The notes beneath the pieces were generated by a model, which was not told the origin of the DNA, made no database searches, and saw nothing but the letters and a program-made list of their open reading frames with translations. Source: Escherichia phage LQ5. Taken from it: a stretch of DNA of 64,000 nucleotides. Numbering within the stretch: position 1 is the first letter of the stretch; every line of letters begins with the position of its first letter. The translations under genes and the position numbers were made by a program. This document shows, piece by piece, positions 37,015 to 45,758 of the stretch. The stretch is from sequence record OR677401; one strand, given 5' to 3'.

Positions 37015-37515
37015 ATGAAAAAGTTAATTATCGCAATGAGTATGCTCCTATCAGGTTGTGCGGTCCAATATGGTGATGCAGTTTCGGCTGATGAAGTTGG
37101 TAAAGCTCGTATCGCAGCTGAACAGAAACAATTCGATGGCGAAATGAAATTCCGTGCAGGTTCTGGACTTGTGTACACCCGAGCCAATAATCAATGTGGT
37201 AATAACTGTGCAAAATATGCTCAAAGGGAAATCGAATTCCAACGTGAACAAGAGTCTAAGCGTGAAGCGGTACTAGCCAAACACCAGGCAGAAATGAAGC
37301 GTCAAGATGATTTGTACAAAAAGCAGAAACTGTATGCGATGTGCGTAAACCATATCAATCTACAGATTTCCATCCACGAGGCTCGTTATTACGAAATGCT
37401 CGAAACCGAGAGCTTCGGTAAAGCTCGTGATTATAAGAAACAAATCGATAAGCTCAAGACCAAAGCACCGGCGGCAATAAAACAGTGTATTGAAATCGGT
37501 AAAGATAAGATTTAA
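37015..37515 (+). CDS. lipoprotein
   Basis: lipobox-like LLSGC after signal MKKLIIAMSM. Confidence 0.6.
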   Translation: MKKLIIAMSMLLSGCAVQYGDAVSADEVGKARIAAEQKQFDGEMKFRAGSGLVYTRANNQCGNNCAKYAQREIEFQREQESKREAVLAKHQAEMKRQDDLYKKQKLYAMCVNHINLQISIHEARYYEMLETESFGKARDYKKQIDKLKTKAPAAIKQCIEIGKDKI

Positions 37516-37575
37516 GCAATACCAATTTATTAAAAATAGTGTATAATGTACCTACATTCACTTGAGGAACAGATA

Positions 37576-39249
37576 ATGAAAAAGGTTGTTATTTTAGGCG
37601 CGGGTCTTGGCTCACGGTTGTATCCAATTACCAACGAAATCCCGAAGGTACTGGTTAACTACAAACAACATACTGTATTAAAACATTTGTATGATTTGTA
37701 TAGTAATCAATCAGATGAAATTATTCTGGTTATTCACAGCAAATTTAACGACCTCGTTAAAGGCTATATTAAATCCATTAACATGATTAATAGTGATAAG
37801 CCCAAATTCACTATTCGTAACGTTGATGTTGCCAATGGTTCGGCTCATGCTATCGATTGCATTGCCGAAGATATCATTGGGCACAATGTCTTGTTTAACT
37901 GGTGTGATATTATTCCTGAAGGTCATAAAGTTGAGTGGGATAACGACTACTGTTATACCTATGGGACTGACTGTCGTTTTACATTTGAAGAACCGTACTT
38001 GCGTGAAATTGGTACCGGTGGTGGTGTGGTTGGTTTGTATCAGGTTGCTAATTGGACAGGCTTCAACCGTTCTAATTATGGCGAAGACCTTGCTGATAAC
38101 CTGGATTCGATGGTCCATTTGACCGAACGTAAGCTGGACTTTGTAGTTGATGTCGGTGACAAATTGAAACTGGCTAAGGCCCATGAAGATTCTGAAATTA
38201 ACCGTGAATTTAATAAATTAGAGTTCACTGAGAATCTAGCTATTAAAGTACCTACAAACGAATTAGGTAAAGAAATCCAATCTAAAGAAATCAATTGGTA
38301 CAATTCTATTGATTCTGAATTCGTTCCTAGCATTGTAGACTTTGCTCCAGGTGAATTCATTAAAATGGAACGTATCTTTGGTCGAACCATGGCAGATGCC
38401 TACCGGTTTATGTCTAAAGAAACTAAAGTCCTAATGGTTTATAAGGTTATTAGTGCATTACGTTCGTTCGGTGGAACTATCGATAATCCGTCCGATGAGC
38501 AATGGTATTCTGATGTTAAGAAAGAAGTATTGGACAAGGTCCTTATTCGTAATGCTTCTATTGCCGGATTGATTGAAGGCTTTGCTCCACAGGGTATTAC
38601 CCATGTTAACGACTTCAAGGTAGGCGACCCAGAAAAACTTCTTCGTCACGCCTTAGAAATTCTGTCTGAACATAAAGAACCGTACCAACTTATTCATGGC
38701 GACCCGCACTACAGTAATATTATGTTGTCGGACGAAGGTAATATTAAAATCATCGACCCACGTGGTTATTTTGGTAATAGTTCTAAAGGCCCTGCGATTT
38801 ATGATGAAGCTAAGGTGCTTTATTCTATCGATGGTTATGACAAATTTAACTCTGACCCTCTATGGGGCGGATTAACTCGTAACGGAACTCGTGTATTCGT
38901 TGATATTGAAAAGGTTATGCCTTTAGATGATATTCCGATGTGTACATTTAAGCACAAGCTCTGGATTGCCGTTATTTGGATGGCATTGGCAGGTTACTTT
39001 AAAAATAACCCTCTGAAAGCTCTGGGCGCTTATTACAATGGGCTATATCAACTGAGTGTGCTGCTGAAGCGGCATCCTCGTAAGCGTAAGCTTATCACAG
39101 GTGAATTCGTTGATGAAGTTCGCGACCCTATCACGGCTCAAATTATCACTCGTTGTCCTGATAAGTGGGTTTTGCTTGACCAAGAAACTGGTGTAAAATA
39201 TAAACCTACAGGTTCTACCGAACTCCACAAACAATGGAAGAAAATTTAA
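37576..39249 (+). CDS. bifunctional nucleotidyltransferase / kinase (predicted sugar-1-phosphate nucleotidyltransferase fused to APH/choline-kinase-like kinase)
   Basis: N-terminus ILGAGLGSRLYPITNEIPKVL matches the NTP-transferase glycine loop; C-terminus LIHGDPHYSNIML ... IIDPRGY matches the HGD..N / D-x-x-G kinase catalytic and metal loops. Confidence 0.65.
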   Translation: MKKVVILGAGLGSRLYPITNEIPKVLVNYKQHTVLKHLYDLYSNQSDEIILVIHSKFNDLVKGYIKSINMINSDKPKFTIRNVDVANGSAHAIDCIAEDIIGHNVLFNWCDIIPEGHKVEWDNDYCYTYGTDCRFTFEEPYLREIGTGGGVVGLYQVANWTGFNRSNYGEDLADNLDSMVHLTERKLDFVVDVGDKLKLAKAHEDSEINREFNKLEFTENLAIKVPTNELGKEIQSKEINWYNSIDSEFVPSIVDFAPGEFIKMERIFGRTMADAYRFMSKETKVLMVYKVISALRSFGGTIDNPSDEQWYSDVKKEVLDKVLIRNASIAGLIEGFAPQGITHVNDFKVGDPEKLLRHALEILSEHKEPYQLIHGDPHYSNIMLSDEGNIKIIDPRGYFGNSSKGPAIYDEAKVLYSIDGYDKFNSDPLWGGLTRNGTRVFVDIEKVMPLDDIPMCTFKHKLWIAVIWMALAGYFKNNPLKALGAYYNGLYQLSVLLKRHPRKRKLITGEFVDEVRDPITAQIITRCPDKWVLLDQETGVKYKPTGSTELHKQWKKI

Positions 39250-39608
39250 TGCATCTGTGTTTTGATATCGATAATACCATTACTCACTGGCAAGATGACC
39301 GTGATTACGAAAACTTTAAACCGGACACCGAAATGGTGTCCATGATTAATAAGCTTTATGATGAAGGGTACGAGATTACCTTGTTCACTGCCCGTGGTAT
39401 GACTTCATGCGGCCCGGGTCGAATCTTGGTTGAAGTAGTTCCTGCATTAGTTAAGAACCTTGAAAAGATTGGATTGAAATATCACAATCTGCTTACACAT
39501 AAGCCGAGTTATACTTTTATCATCGATGACCGAGCAATCCGTCCTGACCACTTTAAAGAAATGGTTCGTGAAGGAACTCTTGAAACCTATAAGGCATATC
39601 ATCCGTGA
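39234..39608 (+). CDS. HAD-superfamily phosphatase
   Basis: motif I CFDIDNTIT (DxDxT), motif IV FIIDD; alternative start at 39249. Confidence 0.6.
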   Translation: MEENLMHLCFDIDNTITHWQDDRDYENFKPDTEMVSMINKLYDEGYEITLFTARGMTSCGPGRILVEVVPALVKNLEKIGLKYHNLLTHKPSYTFIIDDRAIRPDHFKEMVREGTLETYKAYHP

Positions 39609-40141
39609 AACCAAAAATCATTGTTATCGACGGCCCGGATAATTCCGGGAAGTCTACTTTAATTGAATCACTTTTATCTGATAAGAAATATCGTCTTATC
39701 GATTTCCCTAAAAAGATTAACGGCAAATGCATTTCATTAGGGACTGATAATGACAAGGCTTTAGTCGAGACGTTGTATAAGTTTTTAGACCCTAATTTTG
39801 TCTACATCTTAGACCGTGGGTATCCTAGTAATATTGTTTACTCTGGATTCCTTCGTGGTGAAATGGACCCTTATGTAGAATTAGCAGATTGGATTGATTT
39901 CAAAAAAGAATTCAATATCATTGAGATTATTTTAACCCGTAATCCATTAGATGAAGACTTTGAAGATGACCTTATTAAATTAACCAAAGATGAGTTCAAC
40001 CTAACTATCCAGCAATATGAAACATGTTTTGAAAACGTGTTTAAAATCTTAAATCACGACGGCCATAATAACTTGCTTAACGTCGATATGGTAGAATTAA
40101 AACGTCTGAATGAATATATTGAAAATAAGGTGAATAAATGA
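39605..40141 (+). CDS. P-loop (thymidylate-kinase-like) nucleotide kinase
   Basis: IVIDGPDNSGKSTL Walker A; LDRGY resembles the Tmk DRY motif. Confidence 0.6.
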   Translation: MKPKIIVIDGPDNSGKSTLIESLLSDKKYRLIDFPKKINGKCISLGTDNDKALVETLYKFLDPNFVYILDRGYPSNIVYSGFLRGEMDPYVELADWIDFKKEFNIIEIILTRNPLDEDFEDDLIKLTKDEFNLTIQQYETCFENVFKILNHDGHNNLLNVDMVELKRLNEYIENKVNK

Positions 40142-40836
40142 AACACATTACCGCTGTTAGTTTTGAAAACGCGTTTAAGCAAATGAACGAAGAAATCCTG
40201 GAAGCTCCACAGTTTGCAGTTGATTCTCGTATCGGCCGTTGTTATGAAATTGGTTCTGCTTCGGTAGAAGTACTGGATGCAAGCACCTATAAATTCACCG
40301 ACCCTCGTATTAATCGTATCAACTATGATTATGCCGAATCCTTTTGGAAGTTTATGATTTCTGGTGGTACTGACGCTGCTGAAGCATTTAAGGAATATCC
40401 TAATGTTGCTAAGTTCATTGATAAGCCGAAAAGTGACGTATTGCCTGCAAACTTCAACACTTTCTATGGACCTCGAATTGTGGCCCAACTCCCGGCCCTA
40501 CTTAAAGAGCTTAAAGAGAAGCCTAACTCAAGACGAGTTGTGTTCCAAATTCTCCAAGAACAAGACCAGGCCCTCCTTGATTCTGACGAATCCTTAGAAT
40601 ACCCATGTACCGATTCGGTGACATATTATATTCGTGATGGACGTCTGTATGCACATACTCATATGCGTTCACAGAACTGTGCTATCGTTATGCAGCTGGA
40701 TTTCTATCTGCAGGGTAAACTGATGGCCTTTATTGCTGAACAGTGTGGTGTTGGTCTGGGTACGTATTCCCATACTATGGTTAGTGCACACGTATTTGAA
40801 CGTGATTTTGACTACGTTCGAGGATTCCTGAAATGA
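40138..40836 (+). CDS. 42: thymidylate-synthase-family pyrimidine hydroxymethylase (dCMP hydroxymethylase-like, gp42 slot)
   Basis: catalytic EYPCTDS cysteine; MRSQNCAIVMQLD aligns by eye with T4 gp42 MRSNDVVFGFRND, Asp at the TS Asn specificity position. Confidence 0.65.
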   Translation: MKHITAVSFENAFKQMNEEILEAPQFAVDSRIGRCYEIGSASVEVLDASTYKFTDPRINRINYDYAESFWKFMISGGTDAAEAFKEYPNVAKFIDKPKSDVLPANFNTFYGPRIVAQLPALLKELKEKPNSRRVVFQILQEQDQALLDSDESLEYPCTDSVTYYIRDGRLYAHTHMRSQNCAIVMQLDFYLQGKLMAFIAEQCGVGLGTYSHTMVSAHVFERDFDYVRGFLK

Positions 40837-41726
40837 GTTTGTTTATCGTTCCTATTTTCAGTATGCGTAGTTACGAAACAGGTGAATATGCCGTCCTTAA
40901 GGACGGTAATTTTCAACTCCATTTAAACCGTGCTTGCCCAGGTGATTATCTGGCTTATCCTAGAAATTCGAGCGATATCAAAGAATGCATTGAATTATTT
41001 CCTGAACTGAATTTTGTACCGCTTTGGTATAAAGAAAATGCTTATGAAACTCGTAAACATTTTTGGTCTGAAAACGAGTTCGTTGTTGATTCGTTAATCG
41101 AATACTATGACTGCTCAGGATTGGTAACCGATATCACAGGTTATGATGGCACTCAGACTGTACAATTCAACTTTAACATTACAATGGACCCTGAAGTTCC
41201 TCGTTATTATATCGACGAGTTTATTGATACCGACGTGTCCTCAGTTGAACGTTCGATTTATACCACAGTCCTGAATCAATGTCAGAAAGACGTCCTGGTG
41301 TCACGAGGTGCGTCCTCTGATAAGATTTTTGTAGACCAAAAGGTAATTAATCCGGCAGTAATTGAGCGTTACTCTGAAGGCCTAGCGCCTATTAAAATTG
41401 ATGGTATTTTCCACCCATTCCGTATTTCGGATAAGTGTTATCAATTCGAAAGAGTTGTAGACCAAGCTGCGGCTGAAGGTGCTCGTCTTTATATCACCGA
41501 CCCGAATGATTCATTTAAGCGTGAAGACTATCGTCCTGATGTAGAGATTATTAAATTCAAACCGAGTAAGGTTGAATATTATCAGATTCTGAAATCAAGA
41601 CCTCATATCATTTATCATGAGAATCCCGGTTTAGTATTCCATCCTGGTCTGGCTGAATTCATTTATTTCGGTGCCCATATCCATTCTGAGCACGAAATGC
41701 CAAGTTATGAGGACGTGGTCCTTTAA
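40833..41726 (+). CDS. hypothetical protein in the beta-glucosyltransferase slot (candidate DNA sugar transferase)
   Basis: 297-aa ORF ATGA-coupled to hydroxymethylase; no recognisable T4 beta-gt similarity. Confidence 0.35.
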   Translation: MSLFIVPIFSMRSYETGEYAVLKDGNFQLHLNRACPGDYLAYPRNSSDIKECIELFPELNFVPLWYKENAYETRKHFWSENEFVVDSLIEYYDCSGLVTDITGYDGTQTVQFNFNITMDPEVPRYYIDEFIDTDVSSVERSIYTTVLNQCQKDVLVSRGASSDKIFVDQKVINPAVIERYSEGLAPIKIDGIFHPFRISDKCYQFERVVDQAAAEGARLYITDPNDSFKREDYRPDVEIIKFKPSKVEYYQILKSRPHIIYHENPGLVFHPGLAEFIYFGAHIHSEHEMPSYEDVVL

Positions 41727-41803
41727 CGCTGTAAATGTGAAGTGATATAATTACCCTATCTTAAAACGTGAGTAAAATATAATGATGCCTATGGAAAAAT
41801 ATA

Positions 41804-42976
41804 ATGTCTGATTTAAAATCCCGTTTGATTAAAGCTTCTACTTCTAAAATGACTGCCGACCTGACCAAATCTAAATTGTTTAATGGTCGTGACGAAGTTC
41901 CTACTCGTATCCCTATGCTGAATATTGCATTAGGCGGTGCGTTGAATGCAGGCTTACAATCAGGTTTGACAATCTTTGCTGCTCCATCTAAACACTTTAA
42001 AACGTTGTTTGGACTTACCATGGTTGCGGCATATATGAAGAAATATCCAGACGCAATTTGTTTGTTCTACGACTCTGAGTTTGGTGCTTCAGAATCTTAT
42101 TTCCGTTCGATGGGTGTTGATTTAGAACGTGTGGTTCATACACCAATCCAGTCAGTCGAACAGCTTAAAGTTGATATGACCAACCAATTAGAAGAAATTA
42201 CTCGTGGCGAAAAGGTTATTATCTTTATCGACTCTATCGGTAACACTGCTTCTAAGAAAGAAACCGAAGATGCTTTGAACGAGAAAGTTGTAGGTGATAT
42301 GACTCGTGCTAAATCACTGAAATCTCTGTTCCGTATCGTAACACCTTATCTGACCATCAAAGATATCCCTTGTGTAGCAATTAACCATACGGCTATGGAA
42401 ATTGGTGGAATGTACCCTAAAGAGATTATGGGTGGTGGTACTGGTATTCTGTACTCTGCTTCTACCGTGTTCTTTATCTCTAAACGTCAGGTTAAAGATG
42501 GTACTGAGCTCACTGGTTATGACTTCACACTGAAGGCCGAGAAATCTCGTACGGTTAAAGAGAAATCAACGTTCCCGATTACAGTGAACTTCGAAGGTGG
42601 TATCGACCCATTCAGTGGATTGCTTGAAATGGCTACTGATATCGGCTTTGTCGTGAAACCTAAAGCTGGTTGGTATAATCGTGCATTCCTTGACGAAACC
42701 ACAGGTGAAATGGTTCAAGAAGAAAAAGCATGGCGTGCTAAAGCTACCGATTGTGTCGAGTTCTGGGGACCGCTGTTTAAACATGCCCCGTTCCGTGAAG
42801 CAATCGAGAATAAGTATAAGCTCGGTGCAATTAATTCTATTAAAGAAGTTGACGATGCAGTGAACGACCTTATTAACTCTCGTGTCTCTAAGAACGTTGC
42901 TGTTAAATTAGGTGGTAATGCCCAAAGCGCCGCTGATATCGAAAACGATTTAGAAGAGATGGATTTAGATGACTGA
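41804..42976 (+). CDS. uvsX: recombinase UvsX (RecA-like)
   Basis: collinear with T4 UvsX as recalled (MSDLKSRLIKASTSK ... CLFYDSEFG ... ETEDALNEKVV.DMTRAK). Confidence 0.95.
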   Translation: MSDLKSRLIKASTSKMTADLTKSKLFNGRDEVPTRIPMLNIALGGALNAGLQSGLTIFAAPSKHFKTLFGLTMVAAYMKKYPDAICLFYDSEFGASESYFRSMGVDLERVVHTPIQSVEQLKVDMTNQLEEITRGEKVIIFIDSIGNTASKKETEDALNEKVVGDMTRAKSLKSLFRIVTPYLTIKDIPCVAINHTAMEIGGMYPKEIMGGGTGILYSASTVFFISKRQVKDGTELTGYDFTLKAEKSRTVKEKSTFPITVNFEGGIDPFSGLLEMATDIGFVVKPKAGWYNRAFLDETTGEMVQEEKAWRAKATDCVEFWGPLFKHAPFREAIENKYKLGAINSIKEVDDAVNDLINSRVSKNVAVKLGGNAQSAADIENDLEEMDLDD

Positions 42977-43298
42977 TTTATCTGATTTAGATAATTTTGT
43001 TAAAGATACCGAAGAGGGTCCTAGTGACCCTCGTTATTATGAGAAATCATTAGATATAATCCGTAAGTCAATGGGATCGGTTAAGCAGGAAATTATGCTT
43101 ACTTTACCCGATGGCACTGCTCACATCGTTTATGTGATGAATATTGTTATTGAGAAAGATGGAAAAGTGTCGGTTGATTTCGGAACACCTTCCGAAGACC
43201 GAAAAGAAGAGCTGGCGCTTCATGTAGAAAAATGTGTTACAATGCAAATACAAGAAGAACTGGATAAAATTAAATCTAAGAGGTGGTGGAAGTGGTAG
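42969..43298 (+). CDS. 40: gp40-like protein (positional call)
   Basis: 109-aa ORF between uvsX and gene 41. Confidence 0.4.
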   Translation: MTDLSDLDNFVKDTEEGPSDPRYYEKSLDIIRKSMGSVKQEIMLTLPDGTAHIVYVMNIVIEKDGKVSVDFGTPSEDRKEELALHVEKCVTMQIQEELDKIKSKRWWKW

Positions 43299-44722
43299 AA
43301 ACTATTTTGGCTCAACTGCTAGGCAATAGTGATTATTTCACTAAGGTCTGGCCTTATATGAATGATTCTTATTTTGACCAGGGTCCTGCAAAGACCCTTT
43401 TCAAAGAAATTAAAAAACATGTCAATGAATATAATGCAGTGCCTTCTAAGAACGCATTGAGCATTGCATTAGATAACAGTACGCTTTCAGAAGTTGAACA
43501 CCAAGGCGCTAAAGAGCTTTTAAGTTCGCTGAATGCCGGACCTGAAGACCAAGAATGGTTGGTTAAAGAGACGGAGAAATACGTTCAGAAAGCAGCGATG
43601 TATAATGCAACTTCAAAAATCATTGAAATCCAAACTAATGCCGACCTTCCGGTTGAGCAACAAAATAGAAAACTTCCAGGTATTGGTGCTATTCCGGATA
43701 TCATGCGTGATGCATTATCGATTTGTTTCGATTCTGAATTAGGTCATGACTGGATGGATGACTATGAAGAACGATTCAAAAGTTATTCCGATAAAGCACG
43801 TAAGGTTCCATTCCGTCTTAATATTCTGAATAAGATTACCAAGGGTGGTGCTGAGTTTGGTACTGAAAACGTATTGTTGGCAGGAACAAACGTAGGTAAG
43901 TCTCTTGGTCTTTGTTCATTGGCTGCTGATTACCTTCAATCTGGTTACGATGTTCTTTATATCTCCATGGAGATGGCAGAGGAAGTATGTGCTAAGCGTA
44001 TCGATGCCAACCTTCTGGACGTGTCGCTGGATGATATCGATGATGGTCACGTCTCGTGGCCTGAATATAAAGCTAAGATGGATAAATGGCGTTCAACTGC
44101 TACTTTAGGTCGTTTAAAGATTAAACAGTATCCTACTGGCGGTGCTAATGCCGATACATTCCGTGCATTATTAAACGAATACAAGCTCAAACAAAACTTT
44201 GTCCCACAGGTCGTTATCGTTGACTACTTGGCTATCTGTGCATCGTCTCGTACGAAAGTTTTCTCTGAAAACAGTTACGGATTGATTAAGATGGTTGCTG
44301 AAGAACTACGTGGACTTGCAGTAGAGAAGAAATTACTGTTGTGGACTGCAGCCCAGACTACTCGTGGTGCGAACGTTGCAGCCGAAATCGATATGGCCGA
44401 TATTGCTGAATCCTTTGGTATTGCACATACTGCAGACTTCATGTTGGGTGTGGTCGAGACAGAAGAGTTCGCTCAGATGGGTATGCAGATGGTTAAGCAG
44501 CTTAAATCTCGTTATGGTGATAAGAGCTACTACAACAAATTTAAGATTGGTGTTAAGAAAGGAAATCAACGTTGGTATGAAGTTGAAGACGATTCCAACC
44601 CAGGTCCAGTGAACACGGTACGTGAGGCTACAGGTGAGATGAATCGCCAAGCCGAGGTCAATCGACAGACGCGTGTTAATAGAAGTGATTTGGACGATTT
44701 AGCAGCATCTATCAAATTTTAA
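43283..44722 (+). CDS. 41: replicative DNA helicase gp41 (DnaB-like)
   Basis: Walker A GTNVGKSLGL; collinear with T4 gp41. Confidence 0.95.
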   Translation: MVEVVETILAQLLGNSDYFTKVWPYMNDSYFDQGPAKTLFKEIKKHVNEYNAVPSKNALSIALDNSTLSEVEHQGAKELLSSLNAGPEDQEWLVKETEKYVQKAAMYNATSKIIEIQTNADLPVEQQNRKLPGIGAIPDIMRDALSICFDSELGHDWMDDYEERFKSYSDKARKVPFRLNILNKITKGGAEFGTENVLLAGTNVGKSLGLCSLAADYLQSGYDVLYISMEMAEEVCAKRIDANLLDVSLDDIDDGHVSWPEYKAKMDKWRSTATLGRLKIKQYPTGGANADTFRALLNEYKLKQNFVPQVVIVDYLAICASSRTKVFSENSYGLIKMVAEELRGLAVEKKLLLWTAAQTTRGANVAAEIDMADIAESFGIAHTADFMLGVVETEEFAQMGMQMVKQLKSRYGDKSYYNKFKIGVKKGNQRWYEVEDDSNPGPVNTVREATGEMNRQAEVNRQTRVNRSDLDDLAASIKF

Positions 44723-44748
44723 GGAGCTTCGGCTCCTTTTTTGTTTTT
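44722..44748 (+). terminator. rho-independent terminator
   Basis: ggagc-ttcg-gctcc then T-tract. Confidence 0.85.
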
Positions 44749-44752
44749 AAGG

Positions 44753-44782
44753 GTTTACATCTCCTGTAGGCGTGATACTATA
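44753..44782 (+). promoter_or_regulatory. T4-type early promoter
   Basis: GTTTAC atctcctgtag ... GATACTATA. Confidence 0.7.
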
Positions 44783-44805
44783 GACCTATCAACTTGGAGA
44801 ACAAA

Positions 44806-45123
44806 ATGAAAACCATCGACTGTAAAGCAGAATATAAAGTGTATTATCACGGAAGTTGTAGTGTTGCTAATATCGGTAATATGCTTTGTCCTCCTGAGGA
44901 GACAGGAGTTCTGTCTGAAACCGGTCGTAAGAAAAACCTAAATCGTGTGTTCTTTACTGAAGATATCGGTTTGGCTAAGATTTATGCTGGACGTGCAGCT
45001 CGTTCAGTGGGAGGAGAACCCCGTCTTTATCGTGTAATTGCTCCGGTGGATGTGGTTTGTTTAAATGATACTAAAGGCGCTACGGTTTATCATGCTGAAT
45101 GGGCCTTCTGCGAGGAAATCTAA
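44806..45123 (+). CDS. hypothetical protein
   Basis: GGAGAA before ATG 44806. Confidence 0.6.
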   Translation: MKTIDCKAEYKVYYHGSCSVANIGNMLCPPEETGVLSETGRKKNLNRVFFTEDIGLAKIYAGRAARSVGGEPRLYRVIAPVDVVCLNDTKGATVYHAEWAFCEEI

Positions 45124-45318
45124 ATGTCTGAATCAATTAAAGTAAAATTTGTCGGCCATTTCGCCAACGGTGATACCGCTACCAAAGAAGCTTCAGTGCG
45201 TGAAAACGATATCGTGTGGGTGACTACCCAATTCGCTGAAGTCAATAATATTTTGGTTAAGGCGTATGTCGACGACGTAGAAGTTTATGAACATGATGCC
45301 CGTATTGAGGAAATCTAA
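45124..45318 (+). CDS. dmd: Dmd-like small protein (putative antitoxin against RnlA/LsoA-type toxins)
   Basis: 64 aa; position downstream of gene 41; motif VWVTTQFAEVNNILVKAYVDD recalled as Dmd-like (unverified). Confidence 0.35.
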   Translation: MSESIKVKFVGHFANGDTATKEASVRENDIVWVTTQFAEVNNILVKAYVDDVEVYEHDARIEEI

Positions 45319-45459
45319 ATGGAAGAATTTGAATGTGTAGTATGTGGTTGTTCGGTCTGTGAAGACCAGGCAGTATTTGATGCTTGGGACAACGCAACCT
45401 GTTTAGACTGTGACAGCGAATTCGAAGAAATTGCTCATAAACATGAAGGCGAGGAATAA
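45319..45459 (+). CDS. zinc-ribbon micro-protein (46 aa)
   Basis: CVVCGCSVC ... CLDCD; below ORF-track cut-off. Confidence 0.4.
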   Translation: MEEFECVVCGCSVCEDQAVFDAWDNATCLDCDSEFEEIAHKHEGEE

Positions 45460-45699
45460 ATGAATATCGTACTAATGAAACCAACTCCTAGCTCTTTTTG
45501 GAATAAATCTTTCGGTAAGCATAATATGTTTATCCAACGTACCGTAAACAACTGGGAACTAGTTCTTTCAGTGGGCCACAACGATTATGAACAAGAATAC
45601 GTAGAGTTCTTCGAATTTCCTGTGAAGCCCACTAAGCGTCAGATTCGTCAGACAAAACGTAAATTCCGTAAAATTTCTTTGGAAGATTCATTAAAATAA
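45460..45699 (+). CDS. hypothetical basic protein
   Basis: TAAATG coupling. Confidence 0.55.
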   Translation: MNIVLMKPTPSSFWNKSFGKHNMFIQRTVNNWELVLSVGHNDYEQEYVEFFEFPVKPTKRQIRQTKRKFRKISLEDSLK

Positions 45700-45700
45700 A

Positions 45701-45730
45701 GTTTACAACGGTCTATGGTAGTGATACTAT
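45701..45730 (+). promoter_or_regulatory. T4-type early promoter
   Basis: GTTTAC ... GATACTATGGACCTATCAA. Confidence 0.7.
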
Positions 45731-45758
45731 GGACCTATCAACTACCGAGGAGAACATT

